DNA of 64,000 bases from Octopus sinensis. Lineage: Eukaryota. Where the stretch lies: the NCBI RefSeq assembly GCF_006345805.1, contig NC_043010.1:39556001-39620000 (forward strand), in the 5' to 3' direction. Below the pieces are notes generated by a model. That model ran no database searches. It was not told the DNA's origin and worked only from the letters and a program-made list of their open reading frames with translations. How positions within the stretch are numbered: position 1 is the stretch's first letter; every line of letters starts with the position of its first letter. Positions 39,882-55,099 of this stretch are shown here, piece after piece. Made by a program: the position numbers and the translations under genes.

Positions 39882-41158
39882 CGAGGGGCGTTCAATAAGT
39901 AATGCCTCTGACCCACTTGCAGTTGTTTGATCTAGCTGAAAGTTTGCATGTGCAATTATTTATATCTCTATAGATTATTGGCAAATTACAGCTCTGAACT
40001 AATTGTGATTTCTGATTTACAGGTGTTTGAACTGAGTCAAGTGTGAAACGGAGCCTGTTGAGTGTCGAGCAGTGATGCGGTTTTTGTATTTGAAAGGACG
40101 CACACCACGGGAGACTTTTGATGAAATAAAAGTAACTTATGGTGATGATGCCCCATCATATGACCTTGTAAAACGCTGGCATCGTGAATTCAAACATGGT
40201 CGGAACTTTGTGGAAACAGCTCCCAGATCTGGTCGCCCCCTTCTGCCATTGATGAGGCATCTGTCCGTCAAGTTGAGGCTGCCATTTTGGAAGATCGACG
40301 CATAACTATTCGCCAAATAGCCCATGAGGTCAAGATTAGTACCGGGTCTGTGGAAACTATCATTCATGACCATTTGCATATGCAAAAGGTGTCTGCCAGA
40401 TGGATTCCCAGGCTGCTCACACCTTTCCAGAAGCAAGAACGCGTCGATTGCGCGAGGATGAATTTGAAGATGTGCCAAGAAGATGAGTCAAAATTTTTCA
40501 AAAGACTGATTACACAGGATGAAACCTGGGTCCATCACTATGATCCAGAGACCAAAGCCCAGTCAATGCAGTGGAAGCACCGTGACTCACCTCCTCCAAA
40601 GAAGGCAAGGGTGCAGCCCTCCGCTGGCAAGGTCATGCTCACAGTCTTCTGGGACCAGGACGGAGTAGTGATGACAGATTTCTTGGCAAAAGGTGCCACT
40701 ATTATGCTTCACTTTTGAGGAAATTAAGAGAAGCTATCAAAATCAAGAGGCGGGGCAAGATCAGCAAAGGCATCCTCCTCCTGCAGGACAACGCTCCGAT
40801 CCACAACTCGCGTGTCGCCAGATCAGAAGCATAGGCGTGCGGCTATGAACTCATCCCCCATTCTCCCTACTCTCCTGACCTGCACCCTCTGATTTTCACC
40901 TCTTCCCAGCCATGAAGTTGTTTTTGAAAGGAAAGCGTTTCCCAGATGATGCAGCCTTGATTTCTGAAATCACGTCGTGGTTGGAGGACCAAGCTGGGGT
41001 CTTCTACAAAAACGGTCTTCAGAGCTGCATCAAACGATGGGAGAAATGCGTAACTCTGGGTGGTTCCTATGTAGAATAAGACTAATAACTGTGCCAAGTT
41101 TCGTTGCTCTACTGCTATGGGAAGTGGGTCAGGGGCATTACTTATTGAACGCCCCTCG
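39882..41158 (+). mobile_element. Full-length mariner (irritans/Hsmar2-like), recently inactivated
   Basis: 1277 bp; near-perfect TIRs cgaggggcgttcaataagtaatgcc; TA TSD at both ends; transposase (T)EPVECRAVMRFLYLKG...WIPRLL...ITQDETW...QDNAP...YSPDL; start codon is ACG, a few frameshifts and a TAG. Confidence 0.97.
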
Positions 41159-41713
41159 TATATTCATAAAAGATATTCTGAATCCATGATAACTGCTACA
41201 GAAAAATTGTTCATGAGAAAATTACAATTTTTCTGTTCTCTCCCCATTAAGGTCAATATTTATGACTACATTGCGGTCAAAGCATACATATACCTTCCAT
41301 TATAAGATTTTTAACCAAATGTATCGTGCTATTTTTGTTGTTGTTAGTTTTACTCATAGAGGTGACTACAGGTTTGCTATTCGATTATTTTAACGTTTGG
41401 GTTAGAAGTATAACAGGGAATCCAAGAGGCTAATTTGCAATATATTTACGTAGATTAATCTGTTTATCATGACACCCAATTGGCATTTGTGCTCTGTCAC
41501 CAGTTTGTATACTTTGTATCTTAACCGATGGGTGACTAAATGTCTAAACACGTACGTATTTATATATTGTAAGCATAAAGTCTAAATGCACACTCCTATC
41601 TTTCACGGTTGTCATAACTGATTATATAAAGCTGTTGCTCAGTGCCAGAGTTCTAAAGGAGATATTAAAAGCCATACATTACATGCAATTAAATTAGCCG
41701 CAGATTATGCACG

Positions 41714-41747
<34 letters not shown>

Positions 41748-44700
41748 TGTATGTATGTATGTATGTATGTATGTATGTATGTATGTATGGGTGTATGTAT
41801 CTGCGTGTGTGTGTGTTTCTGTGCATGTTAATATATACATGAGATGTGACATAATGACCAAAATTATGGATTGGAGTAACGCTACCGGACTGACAGATTC
41901 ATAAGTCCCCGACAAGCAGATGTCTAGGACGGCAGGACATTTTATTCGATTCTCAAGCTGGCTGCGTTTTAGAGATAAAGCTAAGCTGGACAGATATCAA
42001 TAGTTGTAACAGGATATAAAACCCACCATCTCCCAGATATCATAAGATTTATAACACACTCAATGCCAAAGCTGACAGCAGTGAGACAGACAGTTATAGA
42101 GGATTTAGTATTAGATAGAATATTGACACTATTCGTCTGATCTTACATGTGAAAATGAGAATGTGTGTTCTTCGTGGCTTCTTAAATAATTGATGTAACT
42201 CATATCAGACTACAGTTTGACAGGAGCAAAAAGGATCGTTAATAAAGTAAAGGTCATCACATACCGCAGCGGGAGATTATACCACTGTATCGATCTGATA
42301 ACTTACTGAAGGCTGTCTGTTGAATTAAATTTGATTTTTGATTTCTTTCTTCCAGTTGTTCATCATGTAATTTGACATTTAACAGTATAGAAGATTTCTG
42401 ATGTTAAGATATTAAAAGAAAATTGTATTGATTTATTTCAAATAAATTTTAATGCTAGTCATTGGCAACCACAACAGAGAAATTCTAATTTCTGATTTCT
42501 GGTCGATTAGTGCTGCAGCCTTGAAGGCCAGTTTCGAATATTTGGCTCAAGCCAAATAATTTTATTTATTTGTGTTGCTGTTGTCTAGAAAAATATTTTG
42601 ATGCGACATAGTCTAATGAGGAGAGCATGATTGTAGTCGCACGACCGGAATAGAATGCCCTACATATGAGGTACCATTGTATTAGGAATGTGTAAACATA
42701 CATAGTATAACCTGATCATAGAATACGCTATGTCTCTTTAAAAGGCAGAGCCATCACTGCTGGGACCCGTTATTTCATAAGTCTGCTCTTTTGGGCTGGA
42801 ATTACTATGAACTTTGATGCCACATTTAATTGCTTCTCAGTTTCGTTGAAAAGAGTTTTCTGCATGCTTCTGTTTCTTTCGTCTCTCAAATGTCACATCA
42901 CATGTTACGTAATGTGCACCAAAGCCACAATATCTAGTGCAACGTTGTTGAGTAATTCTTTGGTTTGTAAATATGCATTCAGTTTATCTCACGACATAAA
43001 TCATATGCATTTAAATTACGTTCTGTGTAACCTGACAGAATTTATATATTACGAAAATATATGAGATGATGTGCTAAAAGCAGAGACAAATTAATTCGAA
43101 ATAGCTTGCCTTAATCTGTTAAGAGCAATTTCTAAGTATATTTTTCATAAAATAGAAAGAAGTGAAAATGCTATTTTATTGTTCGTGTCTTGCCAAAAGA
43201 TATGTAAAATGGACCCAGTCATGTAATCAGATGTGACCAGATTACGGTTTCACGACAATGATTACATATCGATTATTATACATCAAAAGTTCAAAAGACA
43301 TAATATTGATTTCTGCATCAGGCGATTAATTTCACGCTAAAAACATGGTGATGAATACGTATAGATGGATTAGATTGAATATGACAAGTATTTTAATTCC
43401 TTAAAGATAAATATAATATGGCGTTACGATCTTCTCGAAAGCAACAGGAGATTTCATGTTACATAGTAAACAATATTTTATTGCCTCAAGAATATAGACT
43501 ATTACACGTTTCCTTTACTATGGATTCGTCATTAAAATGGAAATTACTAGAAAGCCATAATTCAGGCGTGCTATTGCGAATTACATGAAAGGGTTCTGCT
43601 ATTTTTCACAGAATAATACTAGTTATTGGCCGGCTGATATCAATAGTTTTTCAGCACATATATATTTCCAAATAGATTTTTTAAAATATTCCATGTATAT
43701 TCACAAACGTTAGCATTAAAATACCTATTGTTTATTTCAGTTTGAAAGCTTATTTTAATGAAGATTTCGGGAGATTATTTTACATCACGTTATGAATGAT
43801 AAAAAATGCAAAATGATCCCGAATTTTGTAATTCTTGGGCATTTCGTAATTCCTACAGCAACAAATGATCAAATTCATACGTTTAATTACTGACTCATTT
43901 GCCATTATTTGAGCCTGTGAAAGGAAGACTGTCACACCATCGATGATCAGTATAATCTCAAATAAGAAAGGACCAGACATTAATTCCACACTTGGTCGCA
44001 AAATTACACAGATACACGCACATGTAAACATACATACATATATATCACAAATATTCAAACATACATTCACACATAAACACACACGCACAGACATACACAC
44101 ACATATATATATACACGCATACATATATATACGTATATATACATATATATACATATTTATTTATATATGCGCACACACATACATATGCATATCACATTCG
44201 CATTTGGTTAATTTCTTTTCTAAACATTCATTATTAGTTAACGATTTATACGCTCCATTAATACCACATCTGTATAATATTTATTAACGAATATTCTCAA
44301 TGCAACAGTAATTAATTGCTGGGAAAAAGATACTTCGAAAATATGCTGCAATAATTCAGTAATAAGTTTTAAAAATAACTGAACCCAAAATTATCATTTT
44401 CTTTGTTCCAAATGCCATAAAGCATGTAGTAACAGAACGAAACGCAGATACGTTTTCAATCAGGTTGGATTAATTTTGTTTAAATTAAGCTGAAATACAT
44501 TTGACCAACGTACGAACGTCAAAATTTCCCATTATCTCTTTTTCATGAATAGAATATCCCATTATACCTAATTAAAAGAAACCAACGTTTAATAGCTGTT
44601 GTCAGTTTGTCTGTTTGTATGCCATTTTGAATTTGTACAACGATATTACAGAGATTTAATCACATTTACTGAAGCCAAAAAGATTATTTTTGTCTCTGCA

Positions 44701-45401
44701 TACGCTCACATTCATACATAAACACAAATCACACATAAATACAACGACTCACAGATATTGCGATAGATGTAGCGTAGAAAATTAGAATGTGGAATAAAAA
44801 TAAATGGTAAAGACAACCAGAGCTTTTAATTTTTTATTTGGTTCTTTTCTAGTAGGATTCAGGAAATCTAATTTAATTTTTTTTTACCTAAATGCATTGG
44901 CGCCAATTTGCTAAAAAGACATTTCTGATATATGCGGTGATAAATTTCGGTTGGACGTGGATCAATCCTTAACAAGACATACATTTTTAATCATTCAAAA
45001 TCTTTAAATCATATTATAAATACCAATTCTTTTTCATCAAACGCAAACATAATTATACATTTGTTTGTTACAGTAATTATACGGCAATGGTTTTTTTATC
45101 GTTCTTGTTTGCATTCTGTTTGTCGTTGCTGTTGAGAAATTAGTAAGATTTCCAGATATTTGTAGATTTAAGCGAAACGCTGGTTAAAGATAATTCAATA
45201 CAATTGACGTGCTCATTTTTCTTATCTGAATATAAATAAAGCAGACGTTTGCATTATTGTCCTATAATCTTTACTTGATATTTATCTGTATACGTTTTGA
45301 ATGTATAATACATAAATACATACATACATACATGCTAGATGTGTCGAAACAATTGTCATGATTAACAAATTCTCGTAATTTCCATCTTCCATCTTTCTTT
45401 T

Positions 45402-45691
<290 letters not shown>

Positions 45692-46551
45692 CTGATGTTA
45701 TTTTGCGGATAAACAAATAAGATACATCAAATATATATATTGCAAAATATATAGACATATATATAAATGCAAAATGAAAGAAAGCAAAAAGTGGAGACTT
45801 ACAGATGATGAATATTCAAGTATAGATATTTACATATTTATATTAATACGCGCAACCTACGCAGAGTACAAACGACAGAGAAAATTAAAAGGGCGGAAGA
45901 AAAAGTGTTATAAGTCGAACAGCTGTTTCTGGAAACTCGGCGATCTATAATAATGTTTCTGTCTAAATATATGCATATTTTGTATTTCATACCCAAACCA
46001 ATACAAGTAATATATGTAATATACTTAATATAATTAATGTGTCTAATCTGCTTATGCGCATAATTGTCTCTATACCCATTTAATCAGATCCCCGCACCTT
46101 ATAGCCTTTTTTTACCTTGTGGAATAGTCCTCTGTAGAGACATCGGAGGATAAGTTTCAATTATTTGAGCAATACTGAATGGAGAATCTCGGGGTTATAT
46201 GTCTATATATTTCTGGATACACACACACACAACTAGAATTGTTGGTTGTAATCGTGGATGTAACCGTTGGCCGTAATAACAGTAGCAGCCACTGGTATTA
46301 CGGCCGACGGTCATTTACACGATTACAGCCAACGATTCCAGTCAAAGCACAAGACAGCCATTATGCTTCCACTTGCAATACACCACCACGTGGACTCTAT
46401 TGAGACAATTAAGAAATTATTGAACCTTTTTTTTTATTACACTTAACTGTTAAAGCTATTTTTGATAAGGTTTATTTTTACAAGAAGAACCGAAACAAAA
46501 TCTTTAAGAAAATATAGTATATAGTGGTGTTTTCAAACTTTTATATATATA

Positions 46552-47188
46552 CTAGCAGTATCGCCCGGCGTTGCTCGGGTTTGTAAGGGAAATAACTATA
46601 TAAGCATTTTTAGAGAGTTATAGCCAAAAAATAGTAAAAAATGCATTAAAAATGGAAAAAATATGATGGTAAATTTTTTTAAAAATCGTTGACTCATCGT
46701 AGACATTTTTAGAGAGTTACTTCCCTTATATAATAGCGAAAAAATGCATTAAAATCGAAAAAAAACGATGGTAAATTTTTTTTTAAATCGTAGACTCATG
46801 TAGACGCTTTCTTAGCCATTTCTGTTTTGGTGTCTTCAAGCCATGAAGTCGTTGTTCTAAAAGAACACTGGTCTCCTTGACAACGCATTACGACGTTGAT
46901 TTCCTTACACTCCCTTCCCCACAGGTGCAGGTGTGAGCGTGGACGCCAACTCCGCCGCCATTGACACACGAAAAATTATGCATTAAAATGGAATAAAAAA
47001 TGATGTTAAATTATTTTTAAAATCGTAGACTCATCGTAGACGCGCGCTAATATTTAGACGGGCTCGATATGAATCACGACTATAAGCTACCCGAATTTGG
47101 TTAAACTCTACCGCAACATGTGGGAGTAGTTAGGAATCTAAATCGAAGGGGACAGACACTCACACAACTACAGTTTTATATATATAGA
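46552..47188 (-). mobile_element. Non-autonomous Helitron
   Basis: Minus strand begins TC(tatatatataaaa) and ends with hairpin cccgagcaacgccggg plus CTAG; inserted between A and T with no TSD; three internal ~65 bp repeats (atgcattaaaa...gactcatcgtagac). Confidence 0.85.
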
Positions 47189-47254
47189 TATACATAGCGC
47201 AGTAGTGGTGAGATATGACAGGAAAGAAAAGCATACATTCACTCTCTGCATGCA

Positions 47255-47550
47255 ATTAGACTCGGAAAGTTCGTGAGGAACCCATTGACCCAATTTGCTG
47301 ACTTTTCCGATAGCACACAGGTGTCAATGAATGGTTGAATGACCAAATCCAAGCTTCTCTGCTAGTTCCTCAACAGTTACGATGATATTTTGTTCCACCA
47401 GGGTTTTCAGGATGTCCTTGTCGAGTTCTACATATCTTTCAGGACGAGGCTCGTCTTCTAGGCTGTAGTTTATGGCTCGGGATTTCTGGAACCACCATTG
47501 ACACTGCCTTTCGCTTATTGTCCAATCCCCATATACTGCATTAATATTTC
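47255..47550 (-). mobile_element. Mariner deletion derivative
   Basis: RNINAVYGDWTISERQCQWWFQK...SLEDEPRP...LKTLVEQN..TVEELAEKLG; TIR-like attagactcggaaagttcgtg at the left end. Confidence 0.82.
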
Positions 47551-48343
47551 TTGTAGTTTGCACACATTTATATTCTGTTATTCTTTTATATGTTTCAGCC
47601 TTGAGGTTGTGGCCATGCTGGATCATGTGTGTGTGTGTGTGTGTGTCTATCTGTCTGTCTGTCTGTATGTATATATGTATATGTATGTGTGTGAACAATA
47701 ATATTTTCAACAGATGTGTTGCAAATGTATCTGATTGTTCTCAAGCTTCAATACTGTGTGTGTGTGTATGTGTGTGTGTGTATGTATGTATGTATATGTA
47801 TGTATGTATGTATATGTATGTATGTATGTATGTGTGTATGTATGTGTGTGTGTATGTATGTGTCTGTGTATGTGTGTGTATGTATGTATGTATGTATGTA
47901 TGTATTATGTATGTATGTATGTATGAGTGTATGTTTACTTTATTACTAATTACTCTCTCCAAGAACATTTTCACTCACTCTTAGCTCTTAGCTTCCCATA
48001 CATTTTACTCATGTATCTATCAGCGTCATAGACAGAATACTTTCACTTTAGTCTTCCTCAAATCACTCTGTCGCTATTTACTTTCATTTTATTCGTTGCC
48101 CACTGTGTGTGTGCGTTTGCGTGTGGTGTAAACCAGACTAAGAAAAGCATTTGACACACACACCAGAATGTGAGTTTTCTGTAAATTTTGCTTAATTGGA
48201 GTTTAAATTTAAAAAACTGGACCTGGCATGACGCGATGCAATGTACTCTTAAAAATGCTAGGTAAATTGTAATTGAAGAAATCCTGTATTGTAGATTTGT
48301 ATAACTCCCAAAGGGAGGCAGATAAAATCTGCCTTTTATAATA

Positions 48344-48428
<85 letters not shown>

Positions 48429-48429
48429 G

Positions 48430-48547
48430 CGATTAGCTTCTTTCAGTTTCCCGTCTGAACAGATCCACTCACAAAGTAGAAAACACTTGCCATGCGGCGG
48501 AACTGAAGCTGAAACCATGTGGTTGGGAAGCAAGCTTTTTGCCACAG
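48430..48547 (-). mobile_element. SINE family A head fragment
   Basis: ttcttttcagtttccc...atccactcaca...aaccatgtggtt. Confidence 0.75.
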
Positions 48548-49079
48548 AACCAAGCGTGTGCCCACAAAGAATTTTGTAAGCAAGTGTGTATATTTAGATG
48601 TCTTCATTTTGATAGTTAGTGACAGGATGTGTAAGTGATGTAAAATGTTTGCGATTTTATTGGATTTAATCCTCTGTTTTGATAATATAAAGATCAAAGT
48701 TACGAAATCATGTATACAAATTCTTATTGGGAATTTCAACTTTTTGGCAATGGGATTTTTCAAGGGTCCACACAAGAACGGACGTAGATGGGATGTTTAA
48801 ACTGGTCAGTTTCTTTACTTTTTGTTGTGATTTAAGGTTGTTCGTGTTTTTATATAGATGGTAAGGGTTTTTAGCCAGGCATGTCATGATGTTAGTAAAG
48901 AAAGTTGGTTCTCTTATGCTCTGATGTTCACAAAAGAATTTGGGTTTGTGAAAAGTTCTTGATGTGTATGTTTCCTTCTGTATGTTTATCGTCTTATAAG
49001 CAATTTTATTAATATAAACAGATTTTAATCCCTGTGTTTGATGAAGGCAGACTTTGTGGTGCGTTTTCTTATAAACATT

Positions 49080-50980
49080 TCTTCACATTTGCTTCACGCG
49101 TGATTATTTTACAATAACGCTGCTAGAGGCATAACTACAATAAACGTCACTGCAACAGAAACAATATTACGAGGAAGGAAACCCCTCTTCTTCCACAACA
49201 ATGCTTTCTGGATCAACAAAATCACCAAAGTATTATTTCATGTCAGTATGAGATGAAAGGACTCCACAGAAATAAGCGACATCGTTGGTCTTTACTTATT
49301 AGAAAACTTACATAACACATTTCCATCCATCTCAGTAGGTCTATATTGGGACGACAGTCAACTCAGAAAATACAACCCACAAAAAACTGTTAAATGTAAG
49401 GAGGAACTATATGATTCTTCAAAAAATTGGGCTTCTCAATTTCAGTAGAACCACAACTAAAATCAATAAATTTCCTAGTGTTACTCCAGGCCAGGAATAT
49501 AATGTGTATAAACCATACAAGAAAGATAATGAAAAATTTCAGTATATACATAAGCAATCCAACCGTCACAAAATCATTACCAAAATCCAATAAAAAAACA
49601 TTTTTCTCGCGCTTTCCCATTTATCTTCAAATGAAAAAATACACGACACAATTCCATACAAGGAAGACAGTAATAACAGCTATTAAAAGAAGTGTAATAT
49701 ATAAACAACAAAAAACAATAAATGAGACAGATAAGCATAGAAACAGGAAAACTCACACCAATAACTAAATTATTTTCAAAATTGTTTAAATGTGAGAACC
49801 TAAACCACAGTCATAATAACAATCGCAATTGTGGAACAACTTCTTCCTGCTCTCTAAAATATCTCTTATAGTGCAACAGTAACCACGTTAATGACACCAA
49901 ATAGTTATACAAGATCTACAGCAACTCAGTTCCAAAACACGATAAAACTATCCCACACGCAATCCAAACAGAAGAAAATATGTCACTATCCAAAAATATT
50001 TTGTATTTAGAAAATACTCTCACACAACAAACATAACAAGATAACAAATAAATCCTGCCAAATTTGTACTAATGAATTCCACCATATTCTAGCATTCATA
50101 AACCAAATTATGAAAAGAAATTTTGAACTTGTCTCTCCATACAAGTATAAAATCTTAAATAACACTAGAATATTACAAACAAATAATCTTTTCTAACGCA
50201 TGAAAATGTTAATATTTCGCCAATTTATTCCCTTCCACCTGAAACATAAACTATTCCCATAATATACATAAAAAATCCACTTTTACAGCTTTGCCCTAAA
50301 ACGTACTCTAGAAACTTTTAAAACATTTCCAACCAAAAATCATCTCAAATTATTTTCTAACATAAGCGGACAAACCTGCATACACACATACATGAAGTAT
50401 ATATTTTTATGCCAGTTGTAAGACTCTTTTCTTTTTAATCCTCGTTAATATTTGTTTTCTTTCTTCTTTATTTCGTTTTTTAACTGTAAATTTTAAATCT
50501 GATTTTATATAAATTAGATTTCACTATTATTCCCATTTTTATGCACCAATACATTCACACTTCCCACTTTCGCACATATACAGAGGACAAAAATACTATA
50601 TTATAAGTATACTATAATATGAATTGAAGAATTATTGTTTAAGCACGTAGCATACAAAATCTTTCTTCAAGTGTTAAAGTCTCAATATACTTTTCAAATT
50701 GCTAATAGAACATAAAGGAATATATACACCACTAACCTTTACCCTTTGCATATGAATTCTAGAAAGCCCAAAATTAATCAATAATTTCTCCTATAAACAT
50801 CTGCGTAACAATTCAGCCTAACCTAATTACCACTCCACTCAAACCCACGCACCCAGGGAAGATTATAATTCAGCAGCGACAATTTAAAGCCAAAACAGAA
50901 TTCAATGCATTGCACTCCGACAAGGGCTTGATTGATCGTAACTGCGAAGTCACTGACAATAAAATTCTTGTTTAAGAATA
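49080..50980 (+). mobile_element. Heavily decayed Naiad-like PLE
   Basis: DSTEISDIVGLYLL and VGLYWDDS (decayed GAEVCELVGLY and GLYRDDG); YKPYKKDNEKFQYIHKQSNRH (YIHxxSNHP); possible dead HHR at ~50905-50960. Confidence 0.72.
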
Positions 50981-51226
50981 ATAGATTTGTACTCTAGAAA
51001 ATTCTAGAGTAACCCATGATATTAATATAAATATGTTTTTTATAATCATTCAAAATAAAAACATTTATATATGTATATGTATTTATATGTTTTGAGAAAT
51101 TTATCATAAAAAAAGAAGGAATATATTTACATTTTTATCAAAATATTTTTAAGAAAATGTAAATATTTTTCTTTTTAATATGAATTTACTCGTGTGAAAC
51201 AGATCTCCAAACATCTTCAGCATATA

Positions 51227-51270
<44 letters not shown>

Positions 51271-51303
51271 GTGTGTGTGTGTGTGCGTTTATGTGTGTGT
51301 GTG

Positions 51304-51354
<51 letters not shown>

Positions 51355-51540
51355 TTATTTATGTATGTATGTATGTATATATATATATATATATGACGTT
51401 TGTACTTGTATCTTTTGGTTTTTGAATTAAGGATAGCAACTTGAATAATTTATATATATATATGTGTGTGTGTGTCTGTGTATGTGTTGTATGTGCGTGT
51501 GAGTGTATGCATATGTGTGTGTGTACTTTTATTGTTATAT

Positions 51541-51903
51541 TGTTCCAGTTATTTTTCTGGGGCCTTGCTAGTACGCAGCCTTGACGGGTTTTAATCGAAC
51601 AAAACCCCAGGACTTTATTTCTTATGCCCAGTACTTATTTTATCCGTTCTCTTTTGCTGAACCGCTAAGATACAGGACGTAAACACACCAACACCGGCTG
51701 TCAAGAGGTGATGAGGACAGACACAAGCACAGACGCAAAGACACACGCACATATATAACCATATACAGGATAGGATTCTTTCAGTTTCCCTCTACTGAAT
51801 ACATTCGAATTCGTATGCCGGAGGCTATAGTAAAAGATACAGCGGGACTGATCTCGGACCCATGTGGTTAGGAAGCAAGCTTCTTATCACACAGCTACGC
51901 CTC
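51541..51903 (-). mobile_element. SINE family A, diverged
   Basis: Reverse complement of the family-A body and head with many substitutions. Confidence 0.8.
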
Positions 51904-52859
51904 TATATAGTATAGTATATATCCTGGTGTGTACAAATTGCTACTGTTCTGTTTAGAGCTCTACGTATATCTTTCTCATCGAGTCTGCAGCCAGAATAGT
52001 AGTGTAGCTACAACTATACTTAATAGTATTACTATTTATAATATATCGAGCGAATTTAGGAGAAATTACGATAGGCTCATATTTCTTTCATTAGTTCCTA
52101 TGTTTGTTTCACCGCTGCTGATGCTAGGGATTCTGTATTGGATGTTCCAAGGACTATTCTATGCTTAACTCAACGAATCACCTGATGTTCTAATAAATTT
52201 TAATTCGGAATCAGGGCAGATGGGGATATATTTTATAAGAGGTTTCACTAGAAAGTAGAAAGTGGGCAAAGGGAAGAGAGAGAATGAGTGAAAGAGAGAG
52301 ATAGAGAAGGAGAGAGGGAGAGAGGGAGACAGAGAGGAAAAACAAGACAAAAAGTAGAGAGAGAAAACAAGATAACGAAAAAATAGAGAGAGGAAAATAG
52401 AAAAATATGATTATAAACAAGTAAAGAAATAAAGAAAATAGAAAGAGAAGAGGGACCGTGAACTCAGCAATCATAAAAAGGGTAACAAAATAAAAATATA
52501 TAAAAGAATAAGAAATATTTAAAAGATAATAATCTAAATGAAAATAAGAAAAAGGGACAAAGAAAATAATGCTTGACAATAACTTGGATTCTTTAACATA
52601 TCTATGGAGACCAACTGAAATCGGAAATGAATGTAAATATTAATGTTCATGAATATAAAGCAGAAAGATTCATGAAAATAATTGTATGAACTTAGTGCTA
52701 CTACATACTAGAAAAATTAAGAAATAAACAACACTTGCCTCACGCGCTCAATTTGTATGAAAACATATTTATGAACAAAAGTATAGATCCATAGACAACA
52801 CCTCTCATTATGCAGGCGTGTGGTGCGCGTGCTCTCACACACACAGAAAAACTATACAT

Positions 52860-52919
<60 letters not shown>

Positions 52920-53037
52920 ATGTGTGTGTATGTGTATGCGTGTGTGTGTATGTTAAATAAAATGAGACAACAAAGGAAAGGCTGTGTGGATTTTCAGGAC
53001 GTTTGTATAGAGAAAGTTAGACTTATATATCTATAAA

Positions 53038-53106
<69 letters not shown>

Positions 53107-53170
53107 ATATATGTATATATATGTATGTATTATATGTAATACATCTTTATCTATAGTTATATATACATAC

Positions 53171-53231
<61 letters not shown>

Positions 53232-53261
53232 ATATATATAGATCGAATTTACAAAACGAAA

Positions 53262-53428
53262 AAACGAAAGACGAATACTGGTGTGCAAACAACAAACAGA
53301 TGTATTAGTTTAAGTCTCGGGAAGTGAGAAAGTCTTTTACGTTTCGAGCCTACGCTCTTCAACAGAAAGGAACATAAATGGATAAAGAGAGAGAAAATAA
53401 AAAAGTTTAAGTGGTTAGCGATCAATCA
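53262..53428 (-). mobile_element. Short pLTR-like repeat carrying a hammerhead-like motif
   Basis: Reverse complement cttt CUGUUGA a gagc gtag gctc GAAA CGUA aaag at 53334-53369; flanked by (TA)n on both sides. Confidence 0.65.
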
Positions 53429-53480
<52 letters not shown>

Positions 53481-53798
53481 AATATAGGATAAAATTTTAT
53501 GAATGGCCGGCATATAAAGAAAATACCTTTAAAGGTTAAATTTATAAATAACTTACAAAGTAAGGGCAAAAAAATTCTAATGCTAGATATGCCGAAAATA
53601 GACGAATTGTCAATAACCATTATAATTTATCACTATTAATATGCGTCTCGAAACAAGCCAATAGAAATTTCTAAAAAATTCTGTTATTACCTTATTGGTC
53701 CTAATTTCAGAGTTAATTCATAAGGATTTTCTCCTCTTCAGTGATAAATACGTAAGACATAAATGAAATAATTACTCATACTCATGGAAAAAGCAAGC

Positions 53799-53872
<74 letters not shown>

Positions 53873-53875
<3 letters not shown>

Positions 53876-53915
53876 GGTCCCGGGTTGAGTCGGGGTTAGC
53901 AGAGTAAAGTAATTT
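53873..53915 (-). mobile_element. Terminal fragment of the 19901 PLE family
   Basis: gtaggtcccgggttgagtcggggtta matches 19901 gtaggtcccgggttgattcggggtta; also abuts (TA)n. Confidence 0.75.
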
Positions 53916-53933
53916 CATGAAGTACCTTCTATA

Positions 53934-53975
<42 letters not shown>

Positions 53976-54329
53976 TAATGGCAGAATTTCGAGTTAGGAG
54001 AGTTTCTATATAAGAAAAAGAAGAATCGAACAAAAACTATTGTTCATTCCCAGCAGCGATTTAATATTTCTCTACAGTTCAATGACTCATACATACAGTA
54101 CAATCAATTATAATACAAACACCACCGTTTATATTCCAATATCTACAATTCCTGGCAACCGTTCGGCACCGATTCTTATAATTTTAACCTAATAACGCAA
54201 TCGATGGTCTTCTTTGTATTTTGCCCGTGAAAACCAAACCAATTATGCATAACTGCTATAACTGTACGATAAACAAAAGACTTTCACTAACGATTTTATG
54301 TATCATTTAGAATCTCTCTCTCTCTCTCT

Positions 54330-54389
<60 letters not shown>

Positions 54390-54438
54390 TATCATGGATA
54401 TATGCTTTTATATGTATATATATACATGCATATATATG

Positions 54439-54472
<34 letters not shown>

Positions 54473-54494
54473 GACATACATATATATACATACA

Positions 54495-54527
<33 letters not shown>

Positions 54528-54922
54528 GTGCATACATATGTATTATATAAATATATATGTATACTGTACATGAGTGTCTGGATGCATTAGGTATGATGTC
54601 TGTTCGAATTTCACATTTGGGGAATTGATAATCTGCTAACTGTCTACAGTTTGATTGATGGATGCGTCTCACATGCGAATAGAGAAAACTATATATTTGA
54701 TAATGACAGATATTCAATGATTTCCTATCGCATATATTCATACACAGACGCCCTCACATAGTCGCATTCACACACGTTTTTATATATGCTCATGAAATAT
54801 ATTTATTTGGAGTTCAGTTATCATGTAGACAACACATATTTTAACGAAATACCTACATGCACACAACTATATGGATGTGTGTGTATGTAAATGAATATAT
54901 ATATATATATATATACATGCAT

Positions 54923-54967
<45 letters not shown>

Positions 54968-55099
54968 CATAAATATGTATACACAGGTATACCATATATA
55001 AGTGTGTATATACACATATAAATAAATAAATATATATATATATACATATATTTATGTTTACATAAATATTCATATCTACATATATATCTTCTGTTTCGG

